A stretch of DNA of 63,750 nt, filler included, from Aduncisulcus paluster (lineage: Eukaryota), in NCBI GenBank assembly GCA_024181965.1. It is 26 parts of 26 records of this genome, joined end to end, with 100 filler letters (N's around TTAATTAATTAA, not from the genome) between each part and the next. Parts side by side here need not be neighbours in the genome. Positions count along the whole stretch, not along the records: positions 30,408 to 32,361 come from BQXS01009789.1; positions 32,462 to 33,956 come from BQXS01009790.1; positions 34,057 to 37,034 come from BQXS01009792.1; positions 37,135 to 39,078 come from BQXS01009793.1; positions 39,179 to 41,187 come from BQXS01009794.1; positions 41,288 to 42,552 come from BQXS01009795.1; 20 more parts are not named here. One strand, given 5' to 3'. Each line of letters begins with the position of its first letter. Within the stretch, counting starts at the first letter, position 1. Under the pieces are notes generated by a model. That model did no database searches and had not been told where the DNA came from. It saw only the letters and a program-made list of their open reading frames with translations. Position numbers and translations under genes: made by a program. This document shows positions 30,749-42,652 of the stretch, piece after piece.

Positions 30749-31801
30749 TTACTGAAGTAATCTCATAATATCATTATAAACACCCAAAGACATAAGACCT
30801 AATAAAATTGCCCAACCAGCTGCTGTAAGTGCTATAAGTACCTTATCACTTGGTTTTCTTTTTGTAATCATCTCATAAAGATTAAACATAATATGTCCAC
30901 CATCAAGTGCCGGTATTGGTAAGAGATTTAAAACACCTAAATTCACAGAAATCAAAGCCATAATAGTTAATAAAGCAACAAAACTAGACTGACTTGCATC
31001 AGATATCACTGTACCGATACTAATCACTCCACCTATTTCACTACTAGGAACAATTCCTTGGATCAGTTTCTGTACTCCTAAAAATATCATTTTACTAGAT
31101 TCTATTGTTTTATCATAAGCAAATGAGATAGATTCTAATGGCGAATAAAAGATTGTTACAACTTTAGGCGCTGGTGCAATCCCTATCATCCTTTTTTTAA
31201 TTTTTTCTTTAAATATATTTTCAGAATTACTCATTTTTGGAAAAATCATAAATGATTTTACTTCATTATCTCTACTAACTGTAAAGTGTAGTGCTTTATT
31301 GGAGTCTTTAATAATATGACTTAAATCATCCCAAGTTTTGATCTCTTCATTATTGATTTTTAAAATTTTATCATTTTTCATCAAACCTGCTTTTTGTGCA
31401 GGTGAATTTTCTATCACTTTGCCAATAGTAGGTGAAAGATGATTATTTCCTAATAGTCCTATCCCTATGTATAATACAAACGCCAATAAAAAATTTGCAA
31501 AAGGACCCGCTAATAAGATAAGTATTCTTTGAAATGGTGTTTTTACATTGTAGCTATCACTATCATTATTTGCTAAGGCAGGATTTAAGTCCTCTTGACC
31601 TTTCATCTTTACATATCCACCTAAAGGTATCATAGAAAAAGACCATTCTGTCCCTTTCCATTGCTTAGAGATTAATTTTTTTCCAAACCCTATAGAAAAT
31701 ACATATACTTTTACACCTAAAAGTCGTGCAACTGTAAAATGACCTAATTCATGAATGAAGACTAAGATTGATAATACAATCAGAAAAGTTATAAAACCCA
31801 A
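30749..31801 (-). CDS. rseP: RIP metalloprotease RseP
   Basis: HELGH, PDZ domain, NLLPIPALDGGH. Confidence 0.97.
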   Translation of the reverse strand: MGFITFLIVLSILVFIHELGHFTVARLLGVKVYVFSIGFGKKLISKQWKGTEWSFSMIPLGGYVKMKGQEDLNPALANNDSDSYNVKTPFQRILILLAGPFANFLLAFVLYIGIGLLGNNHLSPTIGKVIENSPAQKAGLMKNDKILKINNEEIKTWDDLSHIIKDSNKALHFTVSRDNEVKSFMIFPKMSNSENIFKEKIKKRMIGIAPAPKVVTIFYSPLESISFAYDKTIESSKMIFLGVQKLIQGIVPSSEIGGVISIGTVISDASQSSFVALLTIMALISVNLGVLNLLPIPALDGGHIMFNLYEMITKRKPSDKVLIALTAAGWAILLGLMSLGVYNDIMRLLQ

Positions 31802-31810
31802 GTTTCTTCC

Positions 31811-32361
31811 TTATTTTAAATAGTCTCTTATATACTCATATCCTGAGTAAAGAGTAAGAAATACGGCAAACCACAAAAGCTCACTTGCATATGGCCAATT
31901 CATAATTAAAAAACCAATTGCAATCATCTGCACAACTGTTTTAATTTTTCCTGCCATTGTTGAAGCTACTGATTTTCCTTCAGAAACTGCAACAACGCGA
32001 AGACCTGTGATAAAAAATTCTCTTGAAAGTATTAAAAATATAGCAAAAGCACTTACTCTATCCATCGCTAATAAACCAATGAAACCAGCCAAAACTAACA
32101 TTTTATCGGCTAAAGGGTCTAAAATACTCCCAAGTTTTGTCATCTGATTCCAGCTTCTTGCAATGTAACCATCAAAAAAATCAGTTACAGAAGCTATCAC
32201 AAAAATAAGCCCAGCAAAATAATCAAACCAGCTAGGATGCCATCCATCAAAAATAGGATTTGATTGATCTGCCATAAACCACAACATCAAGGGAGCTAAC
32301 AGAATTCTAAAAGCTGCTAAGATGTTCGGTAAATTTAAATTTTTTTCTTTTTGTTTTATAG
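31811..32361 (-). CDS. pgsA: CDP-diacylglycerol--glycerol-3-phosphate 3-phosphatidyltransferase; start probably off contig
   Basis: LNLPNIL..FR and TDFFDGYIAR...G..LDPLADK motifs. pgsA-rseP synteny as in Campylobacterota. Confidence 0.95.
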
Positions 32362-32554
32362 NNNNNNNNNNNNNNNNNNNNNNNNNNNNNNNNNNNNNNN
32401 NNNNNTTAATTAATTAANNNNNNNNNNNNNNNNNNNNNNNNNNNNNNNNNNNNNNNNNNNNTGTCTCTAAAACATGTTGTTTCCGTTAGAATTATTTTTG
32501 TTTAATATCTAAGTTTTAAAAAATAATCGTATAGAGGATTTTACTGGAGCGCTT

Positions 32555-33334
32555 ATGAGAACCGTTGGGGCCTTTGTGCCACGAAGTGTACCCATCGATT
32601 CGTCTGCCGAGAACGCAGATTGTTTCTATAAGGCCGTTTGGGTAGCAATGGGCTACGATGTTGCAACGGTACAGCCGTTAGCAACTGCCCTGAAGGCTAG
32701 GACTGTTCTCAACCTCTTTCTGACACATAGGCTGGATCTAGCCGAGTTCACGGAGGCTCTCCTTCCGAGTTCCCTTGCTCACAACGAGCATTATATGCAA
32801 GTCGCAATGGATTTGGACCTCTGCATATGGTTTATGTCATTTGGAGACCAACACCTTGCCGTTTACAACCACTCTGGACGTAAGAGGATATATATTGGCT
32901 GGCACAACAATCACGTAAGACCAATATTTTTTTGGGGGGGTGTATTAACGATTGACGACCTAAAAAAGAGGTCATGGGAAATTGATAAGATTGAGACATG
33001 GTTTGACCCCCAAGGTCAAGTTGGGAAAACAGCTACCACACCAAACCTACTGTATGAGATGTTCACAAGAAAAACTGGTCTATACAGTCGGCTGGATGTC
33101 CGATATGATGGGCAGCGGAGGCCTCGCAGAGCCTATATCAGATGCCCGGAATGCGGTGCCACATTGGCAACTATGGTCTACAAAGAGCATAAGCTCTGGG
33201 AATTGACTAAAGCTCCACTTGACCACAGGGAATCATGTGTTCTATTCTCTTATGAACACTGTACCATCCGCGGGCAGGAAACGTCTGACGATCATTGTCC
33301 GATTGGAGCTACTGAAATGCCAAAAAAAGAATAA
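32555..33334 (+). CDS. Hypothetical protein: OTU-like Cys/His domain + C-terminal CxxC..H..C zinc-finger-like domain
   Basis: ADCFYKAV...IYIGWHNNHVRPI, then YIRCPECGA...DHRESC. Confidence 0.55.
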   Translation: MRTVGAFVPRSVPIDSSAENADCFYKAVWVAMGYDVATVQPLATALKARTVLNLFLTHRLDLAEFTEALLPSSLAHNEHYMQVAMDLDLCIWFMSFGDQHLAVYNHSGRKRIYIGWHNNHVRPIFFWGGVLTIDDLKKRSWEIDKIETWFDPQGQVGKTATTPNLLYEMFTRKTGLYSRLDVRYDGQRRPRRAYIRCPECGATLATMVYKEHKLWELTKAPLDHRESCVLFSYEHCTIRGQETSDDHCPIGATEMPKKE

Positions 33335-33396
33335 AATGAATATATTTAAAAAGCAAAAAAAAAAAAAAAAAAAACATTTATTGCTATAGTAGAAAA

Positions 33397-33956
33397 TTAC
33401 TTTTCACCACTGTCTGTTGTAGCTGGAGCAGGTACGGAAGGTGTAGCAACTTTACGGGCGATTTCTATCTCTTCAGGGTCTCCACCATTGGCGAGTACCC
33501 ATCCCAGGAAATCATTGCTAGTATCGCCGAGCTCCTTAAGTAGATAATGAAATCTTGTTGTAGTATCATCGGCGAAACTACCCATTAACCATGCCCAGCA
33601 ATTCAGGGTACGCAGGCGGTCTTCTTCCTCCATTGGTCCACCAATTTTAGCCTCTTTTTCAATCAGCCTTGCCCAATTAATAATCCTTGTATCCGTTAGA
33701 AAGAGGCTAATATCCCTGCAATAACGAGTCACATGCATATAATTGGCAAGCGAGGCAATTAAGTCCGGATGGGATACAGGTGTATAACGTTCTTTCTTGG
33801 CCCAATTGATACACACCTCAACTGCAGGCCATAAACATGCAAGTGGGTTACATGTGCGGGCCTCGCGGTCAATGATAGTCGCGTTATACACCAATTTGGA
33901 CATAGCCGAAACATAATCGGCATCACGCTTAACGCGTTCAATCAAGTGTGGAGCTG
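33397..33956 (-). CDS. Hypothetical protein, probably 5' partial
   Basis: 182-aa ORF converging on 32555-33334 across an A20 tract. Confidence 0.6.
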
Positions 33957-34056
33957 NNNNNNNNNNNNNNNNNNNNNNNNNNNNNNNNNNNNNNNNNNNN
34001 TTAATTAATTAANNNNNNNNNNNNNNNNNNNNNNNNNNNNNNNNNNNNNNNNNNNN

Positions 34057-34627
34057 TGCCAAACTGGCCGCCAAACGGGCTGTCGGGTGCGGTGACGGGA
34101 GCCGAGGGTTGGGCGCTGCGTGCGGCGGAGGCCACCACGTGGTTGTTGGTCAGGATCAAACCGTCGGCGCTCAGCACTATGCCGGACCCGGATTCCTGCT
34201 GGCGGCCACTTTGGATCTGCAGTTGCACCACACTGGGCAGCACCTTGGCCGAAACCTCTTCCACCGAACCGGCCGGCGCAACGGCAGCCGGCTTCCCCAG
34301 AGTTGAACCCGTTGCCGGGGAGGCCTTTCCGATAGGAGCCACGCTCGACGCCTGCCCTGCGGCCGGGTGCGCGGACTGGTTCACCACGGCGAACGCTGTA
34401 GTGGCGCTGGCGACAAAAGCCACCGCAACGCCGCCGAGAGCCAGTCCGGCGACACGTAGGCGTTTCCGGGGCACCGGATTGGGCGCCAGTGCGGCACGGT
34501 TCGGGAACGTTTCGCCGTAGGCGTAGCGCGTCCGGGTCGCCGCGGACGGACCATGCACCAGCCGATAGCCGTGCGGTGTCGTCGGGAAATCGTCTGTGTA
34601 CGGCGGATGCCCGGACCGATCGTTCAT
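34057..34627 (-). CDS. HtrA/PepD-like S1C serine protease, N-terminal part
   Basis: TM anchor, KVLPSVVQL, GSGIVLSADGLILTNNHVV. Confidence 0.9.
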
Positions 34628-34745
34628 TACTGTTCCTTCTTCCTCAACATGCATCAGGGCACACGCCGCGGTTGATGCGCACTGTTACAGTGCCTGGGCC
34701 CGCTGAGGCGACGCTGAGAATTTCCTCTCTGCAGCCCAAGACTTT

Positions 34746-37034
34746 TCAGGAGGCAGTAGGAGCGGACGGTGGTTGCGGTCCCGCGTCCACCACCGGAAGC
34801 GGCGCCGTCGTCGGTTCGGACACGTGCGCCACGGGGTCACGCCGGACGATCGCAAAGACGTTGATCGGCCACCAGAACCAACGGCCCAGAGCCGCGGCAA
34901 TCGCGGGCGTCATGAATGCCCGGACGATCAGCGTATCGACGATGAGGCCGATACCGATGGTCATGCCGAGCTGGCCGACCACCCGCAGATCACTCACGAT
35001 CATCGACATCATGGTGAACGCGAACACCAGACCGGCGGCGGTCACGACGCGTCCGGTGGCACCCATGCCGCGGATCATGCCGGTGTTGAGCCCGGCGTGG
35101 ATTTCCTCCTTGAGCCGAGAGACCACCAGCAGGTTGTAGTCCGAACCCACCGCCAGCAGGATCACCATCGACAGCGGGATCACGATCCACTGCAGGCCCA
35201 ACCCAAGGATGTCCTGCCACAACAGCACTGACAGACCACATGCGGTGCCCAGGGACGCGGCCACGGTGCCGACGATGACCAGGGCCGCCACCACGCTGCG
35301 TGTTATCAGCACCATGATGGCGAAGATCAGGATCATCGATGCGATGACTGCGATCGTCAGGTCGACGGTCACGCCGTCCTGCATATCGGCGAACATCGAC
35401 GCGGTACCCGCGATCGAGACCTTCGCATTGGACAGTGGGGTGCCTTTAACCGCGTCAGCGACAACGCCTTTGAGATCACGGACGTGGTCGATGCCCTCGA
35501 CGGACGCCGGGTCGCCCTGATGGGTGATGATGAACCGAACTGCCTTACCGTCGGGCGATACGAACATCTTGAGTCCACGTTTGAAGTCGGGGTTGGTGAA
35601 CACGTCGGGCGGTAGATAGAAGAAGTCATCGTTCTTGGCTTGGTCAAAGTACAGGCCAATTTCGGTGGCGCCCTTCGCAAGTTCCTGCTGCTGAGCCTGC
35701 GTACCAGCCTGGGTGCTGTGGCTGGCGATCATGAAGTCGCGCATTCTGCCCATCGAATCGATCATGGTTCTCAGGATCGGCAGCATCTGCGGCATCAGCT
35801 GATCCATGTGATCCATATCGGAGATGAGACCGCGCATCTGATCAGCGAGCACGTCAATGCTGTCCAAGACATCAAAGATCGACCGCAGCGATTGGCAGAT
35901 GGGGATGTCGAAGCAGTGCTTCTCCCAATAGAGGTAGTTGCGCAGCGGCCGGAAGAAATCATCGAGATTGGCCATGTTGTCACGCATCTCATTGATGGTT
36001 GCCTGCATGTCGTGCATCTGGCCGACCATGCTGTGCATGGTGCCCGTGAGGTCCTGCATGAGGCCGTACATGCGTTCCATGCTGGCGAGGGTCTTGCTCN
36101 NNNNNNNNNNNNNNNNNNNNNNNNNNNNNNNNNNNNNNNNNNNNNNNNNTCAGCTCGTCGGCCTGCTCGAGCATCTGAGCAGAGCTTTCGTTGTTGAATT
36201 TCGCGGTCTGTAGGGTGCCCGCGTTCTGCGCACCGAGCATGAACGGGATCGAGCTGTGCTCGATGGGTGCGCCCAGCGGACGCGTAATGGTCTGCACCCG
36301 TTCGATACCGCGCATATGCACGACGGATTTGGCCACCCTGTCGATGACCAACATGTCGGCCGGGGTGCGCAGATCGTGGTCGGCCTCCAGCATCAACAGC
36401 TCCGGGTTCATGCGTGCTTGGGAGAAGTGTCGATCCGCGACCCCCATCGCAAGGTTGGCCGGCATGTCGGCGGGCGTGAATTTCTGATCGTTGTACTGCG
36501 GCACATAGGTCATCAAGCTGACGAAGCCGATGATCGCAACCAAACTGGTCAACACGATGATGGGAATGGGCCAGCGCACCACCGAGGTGCCGACCTTGCG
36601 CCAGCCCGTACTGGAGAGCTTGCCCTTGGGCTCGAGAAGCCCGAATTTCGAGGCCACCGTCAGGACGGCGGGTGCCAGCGTCAGGGCTGCGGCCACGATC
36701 ACCAAGACCGAGATCGCGCACGGCAGGGCCATGCTCTGGAAGTAGGGCAGCGTGGTCATGGACAGGCACATGCAGGCACCGACGATGGTCAAACCGGAAC
36801 CCAGAATGACGTGTGAGACACCGTGATAGGCAACGTAATACGCGTCCTCGGGGCTCAGCCCCTTCGATCTCTCCTCGTGATAGCGGCCGAACAGGAAGAT
36901 CACGTAGTCCGTGCCGGCGGCCAGCGCCAGCATCGTCACCATGCTCACCGCGTACGGGGTCAGGCCGATGATGTTCAGATAACCGGCGGTGGCCGTAACA
37001 CCCTGCGCGGCAAACAGTTCCAGCCCGATAATGA
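34746..37034 (-). CDS. mmpL: MmpL-family RND transporter; 5' partial, internal N gap
   Basis: AAGTDY, YLYWEKHCFDIPIC, DDFFYLPP, LAVGSDYNLL, LGRWFWWP. Confidence 0.96.
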
Positions 37035-37136
37035 NNNNNNNNNNNNNNNNNNNNNNNNNNNNNNNNNNNNNNNNNNNNTTAATTAATTAANNNNNNNNNN
37101 NNNNNNNNNNNNNNNNNNNNNNNNNNNNNNNNNNAT

Positions 37137-38051
37137 GAATCAAGAGCATTAAAAGAAGGAGTTACAAATCTTGATATTGCTTTATCTTTACAAAGTGCCT
37201 TAAGTGGATTTGAGGTAACAACATTTAGAAAAGGAGATAAACTTATTCCTATCGTTTTACGTTCAAACGAAAATACCAAAGACGATTTAGATAGATTATC
37301 ATCAATTAGCGTATACTCTCAATCTAGCGGAACAAACATTCCTCTTTCTCAAGTTGCAAGAATCAAATCAGTTTTTGAAGAATCAAAAATAGTTAGGCGA
37401 GATAGGCAAAAAACAGTTACTGTTGGGGCTTATGTAAAAGAGGGTTCGAATGCACTTGCCATTTTTACACAAATACGTCCATTTATGGATAACTTTCAAG
37501 AGGATTTTCCTTTGGGATACTATTACGAGTTTGGTGGAGAGTTTGAAGCATCTGGAAAAGCAAATGATTCAATTTCTGTTAATCTTCCAATAGCATTTAT
37601 GGTAATTTTACTTCTTATGGTTGCTCAGTTTAATTCATTAAAAAAGCCAATTATTATACTCACTACTATCCCTTTAGGGATAATTGGCGTTTCTATTGGA
37701 CTTTATACGACTGGTTCATATTTTGGATTTATGACTTTGCTTGGAATTATCTCATTATCAGGAATTGTGATAAATAATGCGATTGTATTACTTGAACGTA
37801 TCAAAATAGAAGAGATTGAAAATGGCTTTTCTAAGTATGATTCTATTATAGAAGCTAGTATTAGTAGATTTAGACCAATATTACTCACCACGGTTACAAC
37901 AATATTTGGGCTTGTTCCCTTGTGGTTGAGTGGTGGCGTTATGTGGGAACCTATGGCAATTTCAATTATCTTTGGGTTGATGTTTTCAACAATACTAACA
38001 CTTGGTTTCGTACCAGTTTTATATTCTTTATTTTTTGGAATAAAAAGATAA
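37137..38051 (+). CDS. AcrB/AcrD/AcrF-family RND permease, C-terminal part
   Basis: GIVINNAIVL and RFRPILLTT. Frame open to the contig start. Confidence 0.95.
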   Translation, partial: ESRALKEGVTNLDIALSLQSALSGFEVTTFRKGDKLIPIVLRSNENTKDDLDRLSSISVYSQSSGTNIPLSQVARIKSVFEESKIVRRDRQKTVTVGAYVKEGSNALAIFTQIRPFMDNFQEDFPLGYYYEFGGEFEASGKANDSISVNLPIAFMVILLLMVAQFNSLKKPIIILTTIPLGIIGVSIGLYTTGSYFGFMTLLGIISLSGIVINNAIVLLERIKIEEIENGFSKYDSIIEASISRFRPILLTTVTTIFGLVPLWLSGGVMWEPMAISIIFGLMFSTILTLGFVPVLYSLFFGIKR

Positions 38052-38099
38052 AAAATAGTATTTTTATTTAAAATAAATTTATAATATTCAAAAGGAAAA

Positions 38100-39078
38100 A
38101 TGATGTTAAAAAAACTTTGGTTTCAAGTTGTGATAGGAATGATTTTAGGTATAGTTGTTGGTTTGATTTTATCACCAAATGCTTTTGCTTTAGTACCAAA
38201 AGATGTAGCATTAGCGATTGCACCTTGGGTTGCACTTGCAGGTAATATTTTCTTGGCTTTAATTAAAATGGTTGTAATTCCATTAGTTATGAGTTCCATT
38301 ATTTTAGGTATTACAAGTGCCAATAATACTGAAACTTTAAAAAATTTAGGTATGAAAATAGCTCCATATTTTGTATTTACCACAATAGTTGCAGTAACTA
38401 TTGGGATTTTAATCGCTTTAACTATTCAACCTGGTAATTTTGTTTCAAGTGATATTGTAAATAATATAACTACTAGCACAACAATTGTAAAAGAAGTAAT
38501 ATCTATCCAAAGTATTTCAATCCCTGATATGATTGTTGGATTAATACCTATAAATACCGTCCAAGAAAAGCTTGATGGCAATATTCTAGCTTTCGTAATA
38601 TTGGCAATTTTTATTGGCGTAGCTTTAATGAATATGGATAAAAATGATGCGCAACCAATGAAAGATTTAGCTAGATCATTTCAAGCTTTTTCAATGAAAG
38701 TTGTTGAATGGGCTATGAAATTAGCACCAATTGCAGTATTTGGTCTGTTGTGTAGTATTACAATTAAAATTGGATTTGATGCTATCTCTTCTATGTCAAT
38801 GTATGTTTTTACCGTTTTATTTGGACTTATATTATTATTATGTTTCTATCTCTGTATTGTATATTTTATAGGAAAAATTAAACCACTAGACTTCATAAAG
38901 AAAATAAAAGAAGTTCAGCTTATGGCATTTTCAACATCAAGTTCAGCTGCTGTTATGCCTTTATCAATGAAAATAGCTGAAGATAAACTTCATATTCCAA
39001 TTCCAATTTCAAAGTTTGTAATACCTTTGGGTGCAACAATTAATATGGATGGAACAGCTATATATCAAGTGATTGCTG
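38100..39078 (+). CDS. Dicarboxylate/amino acid:cation symporter (DAACS); 3' partial
   Basis: AFSTSSSAA and PLGATINMDGTA. Confidence 0.95.
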
Positions 39079-39229
39079 NNNNNNNNNNNNNNNNNNNNNN
39101 NNNNNNNNNNNNNNNNNNNNNNTTAATTAATTAANNNNNNNNNNNNNNNNNNNNNNNNNNNNNNNNNNNNNNNNNNNNTAGTTAATGCGGTCGCTGCCAG
39201 CAGTGATGCACCAATTATCAAGCTAGTCT

Positions 39230-40186
39230 TCATCTTTCCCATCTTTCTACGCTTCCCGCGTGTCGCCGCACTGCTGCCGTATAGGCCTCACCGAATGCGC
39301 CGTCGACGAGGATTTCCAGGGTTTGGGTATCAGGATTAATGCGGGTAATGCATTGCACGGCGCCGCCGTGCCAGAAGTAGGTGTTGTGACTGACCGTACC
39401 GCCGGGCGCATCGTGGGCCTGGCGTAGGCTCGCTGACGCCAGCAAGCTCACAGCCTCCTCGGGCGCTGCGGAACCAACCGCGTGTAGCAACAACACGCTT
39501 CGGTACGGCACCCCGAAGAGCACCCCGAGCGATGCGTGGCCACCGAGCACCGTGTCAATCAGATACGGCATGTTCAAGGCCTTGGACGCGATGAAGTACG
39601 AGCCGCCGGTCAACGCGTACACCTCGTGATCGAGGCGCTCAATGGTCATCGGCTCGGCATCGGTGTTGCGTTGCCCGACCTCATACAGGAAATCCAGGTC
39701 GCGACCGGCGACATCGCTGTCGCCAATGGTGCGGACAGCGGTCGGTAGGTCGCGGTTCAACTCTGCGACAAGCCCGTCAAATGCCGGCCGGGCGTAGTTC
39801 ATCGACAACATGCCGGAGGTATCCGGTTGTTGCAGACGGGTGCGCACCTGGGCGAGGAACTCGGCATAGGCCAACTCGCCCACTGGCGGAGCCTCACGGG
39901 CCACGAACTGCTGCCGGAAGTGAAACTCGACTGCCCCAGCCCATTCGGGTTCGGACAGCTTGGCGCACTGAAGCTGAAGGTTGTGCAGCCAGTACTGTTG
40001 CCCGGCATCATCAACCAGCCGATCGTCACCGAGTGAGTCGTGAGCTGCCGGTCGCACGCTCAGGCCGCAGCGGTCTAGGTACTGTACCGCCAAGGCGCGG
40101 ATAGTCCTGCACCGTTGCTCCTCTGCGCCGCTGGCAGCAGCAATGTCATCAGCGGCCGGTTCGTTGCTGTCGCTGTCGCTGCTCAA
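39230..40186 (-). CDS. Hypothetical actinobacterial protein (318 aa)
   Basis: Complete ORF with GAGGT RBS. The GGSYFIASKAL...GVLFGVP.R pattern is loosely DUF1444-like. Confidence 0.75.
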   Translation of the reverse strand: MSSDSDSNEPAADDIAAASGAEEQRCRTIRALAVQYLDRCGLSVRPAAHDSLGDDRLVDDAGQQYWLHNLQLQCAKLSEPEWAGAVEFHFRQQFVAREAPPVGELAYAEFLAQVRTRLQQPDTSGMLSMNYARPAFDGLVAELNRDLPTAVRTIGDSDVAGRDLDFLYEVGQRNTDAEPMTIERLDHEVYALTGGSYFIASKALNMPYLIDTVLGGHASLGVLFGVPYRSVLLLHAVGSAAPEEAVSLLASASLRQAHDAPGGTVSHNTYFWHGGAVQCITRINPDTQTLEILVDGAFGEAYTAAVRRHAGSVERWER

Positions 40187-40254
40187 TTGCCTACCTCACG
40201 CCGAGTCGCTGGGGCCAATCTTGACGGAACTTTCGGAATTCTGTTCTGATCGCG

Positions 40255-41187
40255 CTAGTGCGGTTGCAGCCGATCGTCATTGGCCAACGCCGTGGTGGCC
40301 GCAAGTGGCGTTAGGTCGGTACGGCTCAGATGGAAACCAATGCCTTTGCCATATTCAACGCAGGTCAAGCCATCGGTATCCATACGGCATTCCGTGTCGT
40401 CCGTCAGCCTGATCGTGGAGCCGTAATCCAGGACGTTCGACACCGCGTAGACAACCGGATCTGGCGCGGCGATGCCGTTTTGCAAGCTTTCAAACCCGAA
40501 CGTGGTGACCGAGTCTTGCCAATTACCTTGAAAATCAACGGGTTTTGGTGTCCGCGGATATGTTCCGCGTGGGACATCGCAGACGAGTACGTATTTACGC
40601 CAGGTGCACATGATCGCGCCGGTAGGTGATTGGAAATGCAGATAATCTGGCGAGCTGGCGGTCGGGGGATCCTCGGGCAGGTAGCCGCCCACGTGATAAG
40701 GCCCCGGGTCAACCAATGTGCCTTGCGCAATGCGGGATAGCTTGACCGTCGCGTCGACAGTGGGTTGGGGGAATTTCACGTCTCCGGGTGCAGACGCAGT
40801 CGGTTCAGACGGAGTGGGCATCGAATCGGGGCCGGTTGCTCGGGTCTCGAATTTTGCGTGCCGTAGGTTCTGGACGCTCTGGCGCATCAGCTGGGTGTCC
40901 TGCTGAGTGAGAGCGGGTTCTGCGATCACCAGCAGCCCGCGGACCCGGAGCAGCGATACTGTCCGGCCGTTTGTATCGGTCCGATCGCTAGGGAGGTGAA
41001 AACTGGTGATGTCGATGCCGTCGAGCTGCGGGGTGGGCACGCTCGCAAAGTGACATTGGTTGGCCCACTTGATTGTTTCGTCGACTACCGAAGATCCAGA
41101 ATGCTCGAGTCCCAGCGTCACAGTGTCGGTCGAGTATGTGTCCTTGTCGGCCTTACGTGACATGGACACCGAAGCGATCTTGCGGAA
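40255..41187 (-). CDS. Mycobacterial exported/lipoprotein-like protein, 5' partial
   Basis: C-terminal FQSPTGAIMC...CD...LDYG...C...GLTC..GFHLS motif typical of LppI-like domains. Confidence 0.7.
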   Translation of the reverse strand, partial: FRKIASVSMSRKADKDTYSTDTVTLGLEHSGSSVVDETIKWANQCHFASVPTPQLDGIDITSFHLPSDRTDTNGRTVSLLRVRGLLVIAEPALTQQDTQLMRQSVQNLRHAKFETRATGPDSMPTPSEPTASAPGDVKFPQPTVDATVKLSRIAQGTLVDPGPYHVGGYLPEDPPTASSPDYLHFQSPTGAIMCTWRKYVLVCDVPRGTYPRTPKPVDFQGNWQDSVTTFGFESLQNGIAAPDPVVYAVSNVLDYGSTIRLTDDTECRMDTDGLTCVEYGKGIGFHLSRTDLTPLAATTALANDDRLQPH

Positions 41188-41290
41188 NNNNNNNNNNNNN
41201 NNNNNNNNNNNNNNNNNNNNNNNNNNNNNNNTTAATTAATTAANNNNNNNNNNNNNNNNNNNNNNNNNNNNNNNNNNNNNNNNNNNNTTG

Positions 41291-41863
41291 TTAAATTTTT
41301 ATTTGCCCTGTAATAGCTTTGGAAAGTGATAATATATCTACATTTTCCAAGCTAACACCTGTAGGAATACCTTGCGCTATTTTCGTAAAAATGATATTTC
41401 TATTTTTAAGTCTATCTTCTATATAAAGTATAAAAGCATCATTTGCAAGACTTGGCGTAACTGCAAATAAAATATTATCAACCTCAAATTTTTCAACAAG
41501 TTTGATAAGATCGTTGATGATATCTTCTTCTAGAGATTCTATAACAAAATATTTTCCACTAAACTGTTTGGATTCTTCCATTATAAATATATCTTTTGCA
41601 CTTTGCACAATACAAAGTGTTGTAGGATCTCTATCTTCATCTAAGCAGATTTCACAAATTTCATTTTCACTCATTGCGTGGCATCGTACACACTGTTTTA
41701 TATCTCTTACTGCTGTTTCAATACTGTGAGCGAGTTTCATACCTATATAGGTGTTTTCAGTTACTATATAATAAGCTAATCTAATAGCTGATTTTTTTCC
41801 AATTGTAGGAAGCATTTCAAATGATTCTACAAGATCATAAAATTTTTCTAAACCTTTATTCAT
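41291..41863 (-). CDS. recR: Recombination mediator RecR
   Basis: LPTIGKKSAIRLAY, C4 zinc finger, KIAQGIP.G. True start is ATG 41863. Confidence 0.96.
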   Translation of the reverse strand: MNKGLEKFYDLVESFEMLPTIGKKSAIRLAYYIVTENTYIGMKLAHSIETAVRDIKQCVRCHAMSENEICEICLDEDRDPTTLCIVQSAKDIFIMEESKQFSGKYFVIESLEEDIINDLIKLVEKFEVDNILFAVTPSLANDAFILYIEDRLKNRNIIFTKIAQGIPTGVSLENVDILSLSKAITGQIKI

Positions 41864-41931
41864 AAGAAATATTATAGCTGAATTTAGATAAAATAGGGCA
41901 TTAAATATTATAAACATTAAAAGGAAAAACA

Positions 41932-42552
41932 TTGACTAATCTTTGTTATTATGAAATTTTAGAAGTTCAAAGAGATGCTGAAAAAAGCACAATAAAAAAA
42001 GCATATAGAAAAATGGCTATGAAATATCATCCTGATAAGAACCCTGGTGATAAAGAAGCAGAAGAGAATTTTAAAGCTGTAAATGAAGCATATCAAGTAT
42101 TAAGTGATTCAGAAAAAAGATCTATTTACGATAGATATGGTAAAGATGGTTTAGAAGGACATGGTCAAGGTGGAGGATTTTCTCGTGGTGGAGGATTTGA
42201 TGATTTAGGTTCAATATTTGAAGAGATGTTTGGAGGAAGTGGATTCGGTGGTGGACGCCAGCGTCAGAGAAAAACATATAATTATGATTTAGATACTGAG
42301 ATTGAAGTAGACTTAGAATTTAATGAAGCAGTATTTGGTTGTAATAAAGAGATTAAATATAAGTATAAAATAGCTTGTAAATCATGTAAAGGAACAGGTG
42401 CTAAAGGTGGAAAATTAAGTACTTGTAAAACATGTAATGGTCAAGGTCAAGTTCATATGAAACAAGGTTTTATGACATTTGCTCAAACATGTCCACATTG
42501 TAACGGAACAGGACAAGCAGTTGCAGAAAAATGTAATAGCTGTAGTGGTTCT
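41932..42552 (+). CDS. dnaJ: Chaperone DnaJ, 3' partial
   Basis: HPD J-domain, G/F region, CxxCxGxG repeats. Confidence 0.97.
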
Positions 42553-42652
42553 NNNNNNNNNNNNNNNNNNNNNNNNNNNNNNNNNNNNNNNNNNNNTTAA
42601 TTAATTAANNNNNNNNNNNNNNNNNNNNNNNNNNNNNNNNNNNNNNNNNNNN

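Noticed and set aside
41864-41932. N-terminal hydrophobic extension of RecR
   Set aside because: It spans the divergent recR/dnaJ promoter region. RecR similarity starts at ATG 41863.
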